A stretch of 42,771 nucleotides of DNA from an uncultured Akkermansia sp. (GTDB lineage Bacteria; Verrucomicrobiota; Kiritimatiellia; RFP12; UBA1067). The translations under genes were made by a program, and so were the position numbers. The stretch covers positions 1 through 42,771 of the forward strand of contig CAYWNP010000003.1 of NCBI GenBank assembly GCA_964459675.1, written 5' to 3'. Position 1 is the first letter of the stretch. Each line of letters starts with the position of its first letter. A model generated the notes under the pieces. That model saw only the letters and a list, made by a program, of their open reading frames with translations. It was not told the DNA's origin and ran no database searches. Positions 1 to 8,810 of this stretch are shown piece after piece.

Positions 1-76
1 ATCCCTGTTCCCCATGTTGCGCTCATGGCTACTATAACTAAACAATACCTCATCCTTAAATCCTTTCGTTGGCAGA

Positions 77-163
77 ATTTTAGTTCAAATAGCAGGACTA
101 CAATAGTCAACAAAACACACAAACTCGTGTCGTTCAAAAAGCAGGTGACTGTAGGACAAATTC
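77..163 (-). promoter_or_regulatory. Putative activator-dependent promoter (copy 1 of 3) for a gene running off the left edge
   Basis: The minus strand reads gaatttgtcctaca...ttgaacgaca...ttttgttgactatt, with TAAAAT (82-77) 28 nt after the YTGACT box. This is the same spacing as the copies at 7547 and 8696. Confidence 0.6.
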
Positions 164-229
164 ACCTAAACATGCTGATTGTGCCGACTCATTCTATCAT
201 TACTTTTTATGTAAACAGGTGCATCTCCA

Positions 230-530
230 AAAGAAATAACATACGGCTTTTCACATGAAGGTTCCATTTTTTATCGGATTGGAAATTGAACCTCTCGGAC
301 TTTGCGTTGGTGACACGGCCATACACCCAGAAGTCCAGAAGCCCTCCTGATGATTGCGGATACACGTGGTCCTGCCCCTTAGCTGGTACACTTCCGTCTG
401 CTCAGGCAAACGAGTTCGCCATGTCCATGCAGACCTTTTGATCTTCCGCTTGGAGGTGCGTATCCTCCGTTCAAAGGACTTGAGCGCGGCCAAGCCCTTC
501 ACCCAAATAGCGAACTTTGCGGAAAAGAAT
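230..530 (-). pseudogene. ISL3-family transposase remnant (frameshifted, internally deleted)
   Basis: Stitching minus-strand frames gives KGLAALKSFERRIRTSKRKIK|KVCMDMANSFA* and IRNHQEG|LLDFWVYGRVTNAKSERFN. These resemble the ISL3 V-x-MDM and H..GIL.....TNA..EG.N motifs. Coordinates are approximate. Confidence 0.5.
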
Positions 531-706
531 TATTGATTCACGAACCGATAAAGAATCCAAGGGAGTCATGAACTTCTAGCGAATATCTATTTTTATTTTC
601 AAGCGCTGGGTATCAAAGTCTGCTTTATATCTTCCAGTGTAATGTGAAAGATTTGAATCGAGTTCCTGCAGAAGGAGCTGACATTCCGTTGACCTTCCCC
701 TCTGAT

Positions 707-1039
707 TCAGCACGAGGAGATCATTTCATAATACGGGAGCAAATTTTTCAGGAGCTGTGTATTTTGTGTCCAGGGAAGGTCAGAGGAGTAATGAAAGACT
801 GCGCTGAGCGCATGATCTGCCACTTGCGCGTTGTGCTCAGCCTTTTTCAGGACCTTCTCAAGACGCGGACAGCCTGTGGTTAATGAGGTGATCCACGCGA
901 TCAGCAGGAGGGTGACAAGCGCGCTCAGGCCTGCAATCGCCGGACGTCGCTTCGCCCATAGCCAGACCTGCTGGCACCAGGAGACAGGACGTGCACGTAT
1001 CGGAAGATTGTTTAACTAGCGTTTCAAATCTTCGGCCAT
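707..1039 (-). pseudogene. Fragment of a PVC-type membrane Ser/Thr protein kinase (post-kinase linker plus TM segment)
   Basis: Translates as MAEDLKR*LNNLPIRARPVSWCQQVWLWAKRRPAIAGLSALVTLLLIAW..., matching the DL.R.L...PI.ARP.....W.W..R.P..A.L segment that follows the kinase domain in planctomycete-type kinases. In-frame TAG at 1016-1018; the kinase domain itself is missing. Confidence 0.6.
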
Positions 1040-2311
1040 CTCCTCTTATAAAGCGCCCCATTCTCAATTGAAAGGAAATCAAGGTCAGCCTTACGTCCCC
1101 ACAAATACGACGGCAGGGTAAAGGTCTTCGCGAACTTGGAGCGCTGCTCACCCGTGATGCGCAACGTCTTGAGCGGTGCCGTATAGACAAGGGCCACGCT
1201 CGCACCGGATGGTTCATCATCAAAGCTCTTACAGCTCGCCACACCCATCGCGCCAGACGGATGGCGGCTCAGATCACACCACCATTGATTACGGTTCATG
1301 GTTTCGGCGTAGATCGTTGGCTTAATATCCCGTACGTACGCAGCGTTGATTCCACGCCCGATCGCATCGCCACGACCCTCATCCGCATGACCTGTGACCC
1401 TGTAGGGATAGCTATCGAGCATGGACATGGCTGAGCTGTCCCGAGCCTTCGTGTAGATTCCAACATCACCTTGGGACTCGCTGGCGATCTGCATGATTGC
1501 CGCAACCATACCATCCTTGCCATTCGAGCCGAGATCGCCCTCGCCGCGATGGTCACCTTAGGCCACGGTCCCATGTCCGGCAAAACGATAAAAGAATTGG
1601 AGGGAGCGCAGGAGTGTCGGTTCGTCCACATTCACACCGCACTCCTTGGCCAGCAGGAGGGTTGTCACCACCTGAGCTGCAGCAGGATTCATGAGTCCGC
1701 CAGCGACATAACGCGGGTTACATCCCCCAGCCCAATGCGGCCACCCGATGCCATACATCTGCCGCGCCTTAGCATCATCGCAATAATATTGCAGTACCGG
1801 AAGAACGGAGGCGTCACCAGTACGCAGGTAATATTCAGCACAGGCAATGCCGTTATAGCCGTTGTTCCAGGTATGATCGCCAATTTTAGCGACATTACTC
1901 GAGAGTTTATCAAAATAGGCTTTCACCACGGGCAGGTATTGGTCATCACCCGTTGAGAGCAGGAAGAGACAAGCCAATGCGCCTTCCACACCGCCCTTCT
2001 CGTTTTTCGAATAAAAGGCAGCGGCCTGTTTAATGATCGTCTTTCATGATCTTGCCATCCGCAGGCGTAGCGGGTGTCGTCTCATCAACTTTGAGGACGA
2101 CTCCCGGTTCGACCTGAAGTTTCAGGCCTGTGACACCCACAGCACCAAACTTACTTTCTTTGGCAGGATTGGGGCGCGATTCGAAAACCGGCGGTTCCGT
2201 GTAATATTCTGGAGCAGGTGCCGGAGGTGCAGCAAACAAGGATAGGGTTGTTATGAGCAGAAAACTAACAAGTCCAATACATTTATGAATGTATATATTT
2301 ATGAACTTCAT
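1024..2311 (-). pseudogene. DUF6288-like secreted protein, pseudogene
   Basis: Three pieces: 2030-2311 (signal peptide plus start of a PDZ-like domain), then 1558-1989 and 1024-1509, which are in the same frame and joined through one TAA (GTVA*GDHRGEGDLGSNGKDGM). Motifs ACLFLLSTG, AEYYLRTGD, GGLMNPA, YTAPLKTLRITG. The 3' end is truncated. Confidence 0.7.
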
Positions 2312-2328
2312 GTTGATCCTTTAATAAG

Positions 2329-5300
2329 TTAAGGGGTTGTACCGACATTTTTTCGCATCATCCAGACACAGAGTTGATTTTCTTTACTGAACTCATTTCC
2401 AGCTGATGAGTAATCACATAACTCAGTGCCATCTGCAAGTTGGAAACGCATGAAGATGTTTTTTTGAGGATTTTTGCCGATCGTGCATACATCAAGTTTT
2501 TCCGTAGAGATCGGAGCATCTACCTTGCCGAGGCGCGAGTCCTGAGCCAGCACAATGGGTCCGTAGGTGAGCGCAACACGTCCGCCCCCATCCAGCGCCT
2601 CATGGGCTTGGACATGGAGATCGAGTTTCAGCTGGATAAGATCACCAGAATTCCACTCCCTTTCAATCTCAAGATAGGTTCCTGCTATGCCTTGATAGAG
2701 CTGTCCGTTCACTGAAACGGTTGTTGTTTTACTCCAGGCCGGAATGCGGAATTTGACGGGGAACTTTATTTTTTGAGGAGCACTGATTGTCACGCGCACA
2801 TTTCCAGATATCGGATAATCCCCTTTGATTGAAAGGCCAACTTTGGTGCCGTCTGGAAGCGTGGCGGTGGCTTCCGCTGTTTCATAGAGGTTGACCACAA
2901 GACCGCGGGCATCCTGCATGACAGCCATCCACGGCGCCATTGCGAGCGCCATAGATCCCTGAGCCAAACAGCAATCCTCGCCGTAACCTTTAATCTGATC
3001 TCCCGCACGCATTTTCGAGGAGGGTCCGGCCAAGGGTGTCGGATTCCGATGCATCCACCAGGAACCATCCGGAACCATGGCGCCCAGTACCCCGTTATAG
3101 AGTGTCCGTTCCATTTCGTCGGCGATGGTGGAATCTCCGGTGAGACGCAGAACATGTCCGCAGAACTTGATCCAGGTGGTCGTGACACATGTTTCACCCA
3201 GAGCTCCGACATTGGACTGTGTCTGCTTCGTTTTTCCATTGAACCAGTATTCGCCCCAGCGATCCTTGAGTCCGCCGACACCTGTAATAAAAATTTCCTG
3301 ATCCCGGACCGCACGATAGAAAGCGAGCACCGACTCCTTCTGGGCGGGATCTCCCGTTTTCCGATAAAGTTCCGCAAGTCCTTCAAAACAGGACATCATC
3401 TCATAGGCCTTCCCGTTACCAAGTTTTGAAGGGGGGACGCCTTGGAGGATTGACGTGAAGATGTTATTCGACTTTGAGCCTCCCTGGGCGACAATCCACT
3501 TGGCATAGTCGAGAAAACGTTTTTCACCTGTGATGTTGTAGGTCAGCATCACAGCCTCAAGGATCGAACTCGCAGCCATACCTTCATGATGGCCGCACTC
3601 TCGGATGTCGAGAATTTCAGGTCCTACTTGCGACATGAAATAGTCCAGCTGGCGGATCATAGCATTTTTGACGGACTCACTCTGTTCAACTTCCAAATAG
3701 TATTGCGCCAAGCCGATGAGGACATATTTACGTCCCCAGATATCCCAGTCCTTGGTCTGACGTTCCTTAGGATACGAGCTGATGCAACCATCCGGTGTCT
3801 GCGTGGCGATTAAGTCAGAAACCGTCTTGTTGATATGCTTCAACAGTTCCTCATTCGGCAAACCTCTCCAGGATTGAATCGCCGAGCGCACAATTTTACC
3901 CCAGAACTCACAGCGCCACCTGCCATCTGTTTCATTACGGAGCTTGAAAGGCTCGACCAGATGCGGGTAGTCAACCTTGTTCAAACGGTTTTCAATACTA
4001 AGTCTCAGGGAATCGCCTAACTGTCCTTCTAGTCGCACGCCCGCACGTGGCAGAGGTGCGAGCATATCCGGGATGTCGGTGCGGAAGGGGACGGCAGGAA
4101 GGCCTTCTGCGTTGGTGAGATTGCAGGTCGGATTTGCATCCCAACCGTACCGCACGGCAACAGGTTTTGGGACTTCAGGTGATGACACGAGCACGGTATC
4201 CCCGACAATCACGGCATCAGCCCAGACAAATTTTTTGCTAGGTCCAGCAACGGCAAAACCAGTGAGCTTTCCACCCTTGGCGACAAGTCCGCTCTTGGCG
4301 TGATCAAAGGTCAGACGGATTCCCTTCTCGCAGATTTCCATGGATTTGTACCAGGGACCGGACCACTCGATCTTCTTTCCGTACGTTATCGCAAGGGCGC
4401 TGAGAGCAAGACGGCGTCCAACCTCCAGTTTATTCTTTGGATGGATGTCATTTGCATCACCGATGTCGATCGCCATGGCAATGCCACAATTCGGTAACGC
4501 TTTTGCGGTCATGGCTTGGGCTTCCCGCAACTCCGCCCAATCATTATCCCGTGGCACATCACAGACAGGCTTGTAATTCGCCAGGGAGACAATATGAAAT
4601 CCGAACTCCCCCACTCCAAAGCGCGACCGCCAATCCTTGATCAGGGTCGGCAGCAGGGTACGATACTGATAAGGCCTTTCCGCATTTGCTTCGCCCTGAT
4701 ACCAGATCGAACCTTTGATCGCAAAGGGAAGCAGAGGGGCGATCATGCCATTGTAAAGTACGGTAGAGAGGTTCGGGTTTCCAGCGTATGCGGCTCCAAT
4801 ACTGGCACGTGACGCGGTCTCTTGAATATGCCAGAGACCGGCAAGTGAAAGGGGTGAACCCTTATCACCCACGGGTTGGATGTGTAACTCTTCAGGTTTC
4901 CCGATCATGCCGCCCCCACCCGTGTTCACGACGCGCAGGGTTAGCACATTTTTGCTGGACTTCATCACGTGCGCAGGCACTTTATAGGTACGAGGCTGAT
5001 CAAAGGAATCCGTATTCCCCACCTTGACGCCATTCACCCATGCCGTGTCAACGTCGGCGATCATGCCAAGGTTGAGGACAAGGTCTTTTCCAATCCAGGA
5101 ATCTGGTATCTCAAACGTGTGCTGTGACCAGACAATGCCTTCAAATTTGGAGAGTCCGCAGTCGCTCCAACTGCCGGGCATTGTCCCAGACCTCCACGTT
5201 GAAACATCGGTCTCCGGCTTAAACCATGCTTTCGCTGTACCGGGATCCTTTTCTTGATACCACTTCTCCATGGCCGCGCCAAGCTGATCTGGTCCTGGGG

Positions 5301-6030
5301 AGGAGTTCACCTGATCCACTGGGTCAAGCCCAGCCTTGAAATCAGGGAGAGGCTTCAAAGCCTCCTGACTGGTCCAGGCTTCGCAAACCGTACCGCCCCA
5401 GGCAGACTGGATGAGTCCAATCGGAACATTGAGCTCCTTGTGCAACTCACGACCGAAGAAGAATCCTGCAGCTGAAAATCCGCCCCAGCCACCTTGCAGT
5501 AACGTCGTAGGATTGCAGGGCTGCCAGGCGCAGGAGAGCGTTGATTCGGGCTTAAAGGCTATTTTATGAGGAACCATCAGTAATCGGATCAGCGGAAAAT
5601 TGGCACGGGCGATCTCATTGGACACCTTGCATATCCCCATGCCCATCTCCATGTTCGATTGGCCGGAACAAAGCCAGACATCACCGACCAGGATATCGTT
5701 ACGGATGATGGAGTTCTGGCTCTTCGAAGATGTCACCTGAAGCTGACGTGGCTCGGAAGACGCAGGCAGTGGATCGAGAGTGGCCCTCCAGCTGCCATCG
5801 GGTTCGGCAATGGCTTTTTTCTCCTGACCCGCGAAGGTAACAGTCACCTGCGTCTTGGGCTCTGCCCACCCCCAGACCGGCACCCTAACATCCCGTTGCA
5901 ACACGGCATGATCGGTAAAGAGCGGATGCACAAAGGGTCGGGATTCAGAATCAGAGGCTTGAGCCTGACATTGAACCGCCGCAACAAGAAATCCAGCGAG
6001 CGCCAAAAAGAAAGCATGTTTAGTCATCAT
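2329..6030 (-). CDS. Secreted sialate O-acetylesterase-like (SASA/SGNH) plus GH127 fusion protein
   Basis: Signal peptide. Esterase motifs GQSNM, WYQGE and DIHP, ending PFRTD at about aa 650. The GH127 part carries EFWGK, GETC and DCC. Confidence 0.9.
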   Translation of the reverse strand: MMTKHAFFLALAGFLVAAVQCQAQASDSESRPFVHPLFTDHAVLQRDVRVPVWGWAEPKTQVTVTFAGQEKKAIAEPDGSWRATLDPLPASSEPRQLQVTSSKSQNSIIRNDILVGDVWLCSGQSNMEMGMGICKVSNEIARANFPLIRLLMVPHKIAFKPESTLSCAWQPCNPTTLLQGGWGGFSAAGFFFGRELHKELNVPIGLIQSAWGGTVCEAWTSQEALKPLPDFKAGLDPVDQVNSSPGPDQLGAAMEKWYQEKDPGTAKAWFKPETDVSTWRSGTMPGSWSDCGLSKFEGIVWSQHTFEIPDSWIGKDLVLNLGMIADVDTAWVNGVKVGNTDSFDQPRTYKVPAHVMKSSKNVLTLRVVNTGGGGMIGKPEELHIQPVGDKGSPLSLAGLWHIQETASRASIGAAYAGNPNLSTVLYNGMIAPLLPFAIKGSIWYQGEANAERPYQYRTLLPTLIKDWRSRFGVGEFGFHIVSLANYKPVCDVPRDNDWAELREAQAMTAKALPNCGIAMAIDIGDANDIHPKNKLEVGRRLALSALAITYGKKIEWSGPWYKSMEICEKGIRLTFDHAKSGLVAKGGKLTGFAVAGPSKKFVWADAVIVGDTVLVSSPEVPKPVAVRYGWDANPTCNLTNAEGLPAVPFRTDIPDMLAPLPRAGVRLEGQLGDSLRLSIENRLNKVDYPHLVEPFKLRNETDGRWRCEFWGKIVRSAIQSWRGLPNEELLKHINKTVSDLIATQTPDGCISSYPKERQTKDWDIWGRKYVLIGLAQYYLEVEQSESVKNAMIRQLDYFMSQVGPEILDIRECGHHEGMAASSILEAVMLTYNITGEKRFLDYAKWIVAQGGSKSNNIFTSILQGVPPSKLGNGKAYEMMSCFEGLAELYRKTGDPAQKESVLAFYRAVRDQEIFITGVGGLKDRWGEYWFNGKTKQTQSNVGALGETCVTTTWIKFCGHVLRLTGDSTIADEMERTLYNGVLGAMVPDGSWWMHRNPTPLAGPSSKMRAGDQIKGYGEDCCLAQGSMALAMAPWMAVMQDARGLVVNLYETAEATATLPDGTKVGLSIKGDYPISGNVRVTISAPQKIKFPVKFRIPAWSKTTTVSVNGQLYQGIAGTYLEIEREWNSGDLIQLKLDLHVQAHEALDGGGRVALTYGPIVLAQDSRLGKVDAPISTEKLDVCTIGKNPQKNIFMRFQLADGTELCDYSSAGNEFSKENQLCVWMMRKNVGTTP

Positions 6031-6057
6031 GAAATTAACCTTTTTACATTTTCCCCT

Positions 6058-6116
6058 CGAACCACACCACCTTCGCGAATACGCCTACGGTGGGCATGCG
6101 AAAATCACGAATCATA
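6058..6116 (+). repeat. 9-bp CGAA tandem interrupted by a 32-nt palindromic micro-element
   Basis: cgaaccaca[ccaccttcgcgaatacgcctacggtgggcatg]cgaaaatca cgaatcata. Confidence 0.65.
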
Positions 6117-6189
6117 CATTTCTATCCATAATCGTTTTGAAAACATGATCATCCCATAGAAAGTATAACGTGTTACTCTTTGCGTGTTT

Positions 6190-6207
6190 CCTTGTAACTC
6201 TACAAGG
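6190..6207. promoter_or_regulatory. Perfect inverted repeat, candidate operator upstream of the esterase-GH127 gene
   Basis: CCTTGTA-actc-TACAAGG in an AT-rich intergenic region ~160 nt upstream of the start codon. Confidence 0.35.
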
Positions 6208-6318
6208 TACTAATGAACAAACGAAAAAGTTTTTTTAGTATATACGACCTTTCATCAGATTGTCCAACTGATTCCTCGCTGTGCGCTGAACTGCGCGAAG
6301 TGGACCTTTTAATCCACG

Positions 6319-7440
6319 TTAGGGGGAAGCAACAGGGAGCGTGAACCAGAAAAGGCTTCCACCTCCCAGTTCGCTTTCAAGCCCGATCGTACCGCCTTGT
6401 GCCTCTGCGGCGAGCTTGCAGAACGCGAGGCCAAGGCCTGACGATGTTACCCCCGTCTGCCTTATGTTAAGGGCGATTTGAAACTTTTCAAAGATATTCT
6501 TCTGGTCTTCGAGTGGTATGCCTGAACCATGATCTTTAATCCAGATCCGGACTTGACCACGGAAGTCGGGCTCGGCACCCATCACAATGTTAGAGTCCAC
6601 TGGAGCGTATTTAATCGCATTCGCCAGCAGATTGGCGACTATGCGTACACTAAATTCAGAATCACAGTACACGGCCGGACAACCTTCCGAGATCTCTTCC
6701 TTCACACGGTGGAAGGAACTGGGATCCACAACCTGCTCCCGCGCGGATCGAAAGAGTGATGCGACGAGAACAGTCTGGCATTTCAAGATTAACTGCGCAT
6801 GTTCCATGCGACTCAGATCCACAACGGTGGAAACCATCCGACTGAGCATTCGTGCGCTGTGAATTGCCACTTGAAGACTCGCCACGTCATCGTCGCTGAG
6901 TTTCCGGGAACTGCACGATTCAATCACCTGCAAATGGCAGAGCATGGCCATGAGCGGACTGCGCATGTCATGGACCAGCATGTGCACATAGGTGTCCCGC
7001 TGTCGTTCTAGCTCCTGTAAATAGCTATGTTGCTCAGCAAGCCGAGCATAGGCTTGACTCAGCGCAAGATGGTTGCGCACACGGGCTAGGGCTTCGGCCT
7101 CCCGGAAGGGTTTGGTGATGTAGTCGACCGCCCCCAGGTCAAGGCCTTTGGTGATCTCCTCCGTTGATGTAAGTGCACTAAGAAAGAGGATCGGAATCGT
7201 ACGGAGACGTTCATCTGCCTTAAAACGCCGACATACTTCATGCCCGTCCATCCCGGGCATCCGGACATCCAGCAACACCACATCCGGTGGCTCATCACGG
7301 GCTGCTGACAGTGCTCGCTCTCCCGAGGTAAAAAAACGCAGCAGATAATGGGTAGGTGAGAAGCAGGCTTCAAGGATCTTCAGATTCTCAGGTTCGTCAT
7401 CGACAAACATGATGATCTGGGGTGATACGATATCGTTCAT
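6319..7440 (-). CDS. Hybrid response regulator-histidine kinase (REC-HisKA-HATPase)
   Basis: REC motifs VDD, LLDVRMP and TKPF; H-box VHDMRSPL; N-box NLLANAIKY; G1 DHGSG; G2 GLGL. Confidence 0.92.
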   Translation of the reverse strand: MNDIVSPQIIMFVDDEPENLKILEACFSPTHYLLRFFTSGERALSAARDEPPDVVLLDVRMPGMDGHEVCRRFKADERLRTIPILFLSALTSTEEITKGLDLGAVDYITKPFREAEALARVRNHLALSQAYARLAEQHSYLQELERQRDTYVHMLVHDMRSPLMAMLCHLQVIESCSSRKLSDDDVASLQVAIHSARMLSRMVSTVVDLSRMEHAQLILKCQTVLVASLFRSAREQVVDPSSFHRVKEEISEGCPAVYCDSEFSVRIVANLLANAIKYAPVDSNIVMGAEPDFRGQVRIWIKDHGSGIPLEDQKNIFEKFQIALNIRQTGVTSSGLGLAFCKLAAEAQGGTIGLESELGGGSLFWFTLPVASP

Positions 7441-7546
7441 ACTTTTTCCTGTTTCGACGCATCGGCACTAATATAAGTGAGGTTTAATTCTCGCAGAAGG
7501 TTGCCAAAAAGACAAGGCCTCAAAAAAAAGGAGGGGGGGGAGCACA

Positions 7547-7612
7547 TTAATTTGTCCTACACATATTGTATTATTTTACTGACTATCACATGCCCGCACT
7601 TAGGTTTACATT
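7547..7612 (+). promoter_or_regulatory. Putative activator-dependent promoter (copy 2 of 3) for ORF 7643
   Basis: ttaatttgtcctacac-N9-tattttactgactatc, then TACATT at 7607-7612. 34 of 41 nt are identical to 8696-8736. Confidence 0.7.
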
Positions 7613-7642
7613 AGTACGCATAGTTTAGAGAGGAGCGTTAGT

Positions 7643-7900
7643 ATGAATGCCTTATTAGCAAATACCATGTGTTTATTGTTTCGCTGTCTACCCCAGCCAG
7701 AAACGTGTGTTTGTGCTCGCTGTGGACGTACGAATCACCTATGGGCAGAAATGCCGTCTCTCGCGATTATCGATTACGAGTTTCGGGGAATCACTCGAAA
7801 GGGAAAAATGGTCTACTCGCAGACTGCGCTGAAACACTATACGTGCTCGCGCTGTGGCGAGAGCTACAAGAAGACCTGCCGAGAACATGTGTATCATTAG
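7643..7900 (+). CDS. Small Cys/His-rich hypothetical protein, possibly zinc-binding
   Basis: GAGGAG RBS; CVCARC and CSRC motifs; lies downstream of a conserved promoter and fills the gap to the convergent regulator. Confidence 0.65.
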   Translation: MNALLANTMCLLFRCLPQPETCVCARCGRTNHLWAEMPSLAIIDYEFRGITRKGKMVYSQTALKHYTCSRCGESYKKTCREHVYH

Positions 7901-7914
7901 ACGGCCTGTGACGA

Positions 7915-8553
7915 CTATGACAAACCGCGGATTAAGCAATAGCGTACGATATCGGCATTTGATTTAAGATGAAGCCGGTCGAGGAGGCGTCTGCGGTAGG
8001 TGCTCACCGTATTAACGCTCAAATGCATGTCGGACGCGATCGCCTTAACCGTATCCCCTTGCCCGAGACGCACGAGCACATCAAAGAGACGTCCCTTTAC
8101 TTCGGGAGAATCCACAGCCCCTTTATCCACATTCTGCCTGCGTAGATTAATGACCAGTTTCTCTGCAAGCGAGGCCGTCAAATAACGGCCCCCTTCCAAT
8201 ACCTTACGGACAGCTGTTGTTAGATCATCTTCTGAGCAACCTTTGGACAAATATCCCATGGCGCCAATCTCAAAGACCCGAATAGCGACTGCATCATCTG
8301 CCAAGCCCGTCAATACCAGCACTGGCAAGGCTGGGCATCTCTTCAGGATGGATTGCAGGACTTCGATGCCGCTGCGGCCCGGCAGCCCAATATCCAATAT
8401 CACCAAATCCCACGGCTTTGTCTCCAATAAACGAAGAGCCTCTTCTCCGTCACCTGCTTCACCGATAAACAAGCCAGGAATCGAGGCCTTTAGCACACGC
8501 GCTAACCCGCTCCGCAGAATCGCATGGTCATCAACAATTATAACTGCGCTCAT
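7915..8553 (-). CDS. NarL/FixJ-family response regulator (REC plus LuxR HTH)
   Basis: VDDH, LDIGLP, YLSK; HTH TVKAIASDMHLSVNTVSTYRRRL; GGAG RBS. Confidence 0.93.
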   Translation of the reverse strand: MSAVIIVDDHAILRSGLARVLKASIPGLFIGEAGDGEEALRLLETKPWDLVILDIGLPGRSGIEVLQSILKRCPALPVLVLTGLADDAVAIRVFEIGAMGYLSKGCSEDDLTTAVRKVLEGGRYLTASLAEKLVINLRRQNVDKGAVDSPEVKGRLFDVLVRLGQGDTVKAIASDMHLSVNTVSTYRRRLLDRLHLKSNADIVRYCLIRGLS

Positions 8554-8695
8554 CCCAGTCTCCCTTTTGCAAGTACCTAAAATTTACTCACTCAATTTGA
8601 ATTTTAACACACTATATATTTAGAACAATATCAAATTGATACAGGGGATGGAAGCCTAATCGGGTGCTGATACAACAAAGGCGAAGCACACCTTG

Positions 8696-8761
8696 TTAAT
8701 CTGTCCTACACGCAATGTTGTATTTTGCTGACTATCGAATATTTTTAGTGTGGGATAGAAT
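8696..8761 (+). promoter_or_regulatory. Putative activator-dependent promoter (copy 3 of 3) for the S8 protease
   Basis: ttaatctgtcctacac-N9-tattttgctgactatc, then TAGAAT at 8756-8761, at the same spacing as copy 2. Confidence 0.7.
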
Positions 8762-8810
8762 TGACACGTTTCATTTAATAACACGTTCATGTCTGTAAAG
8801 GAGATTTCTT

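Noticed and set aside
25-883. Short plus-strand ORFs 25-258, 354-536 and 644-883
   Set aside because: No motifs; they overlap the minus-strand promoter and pseudogene fragments.
1558-1560. Stop-codon recoding or alternative genetic code at the in-frame TAA (and the TAG at 1016)
   Set aside because: TAA, TAG and TGA all terminate intact housekeeping genes in this window, and the same loci carry other lesions, so these are nonsense mutations.
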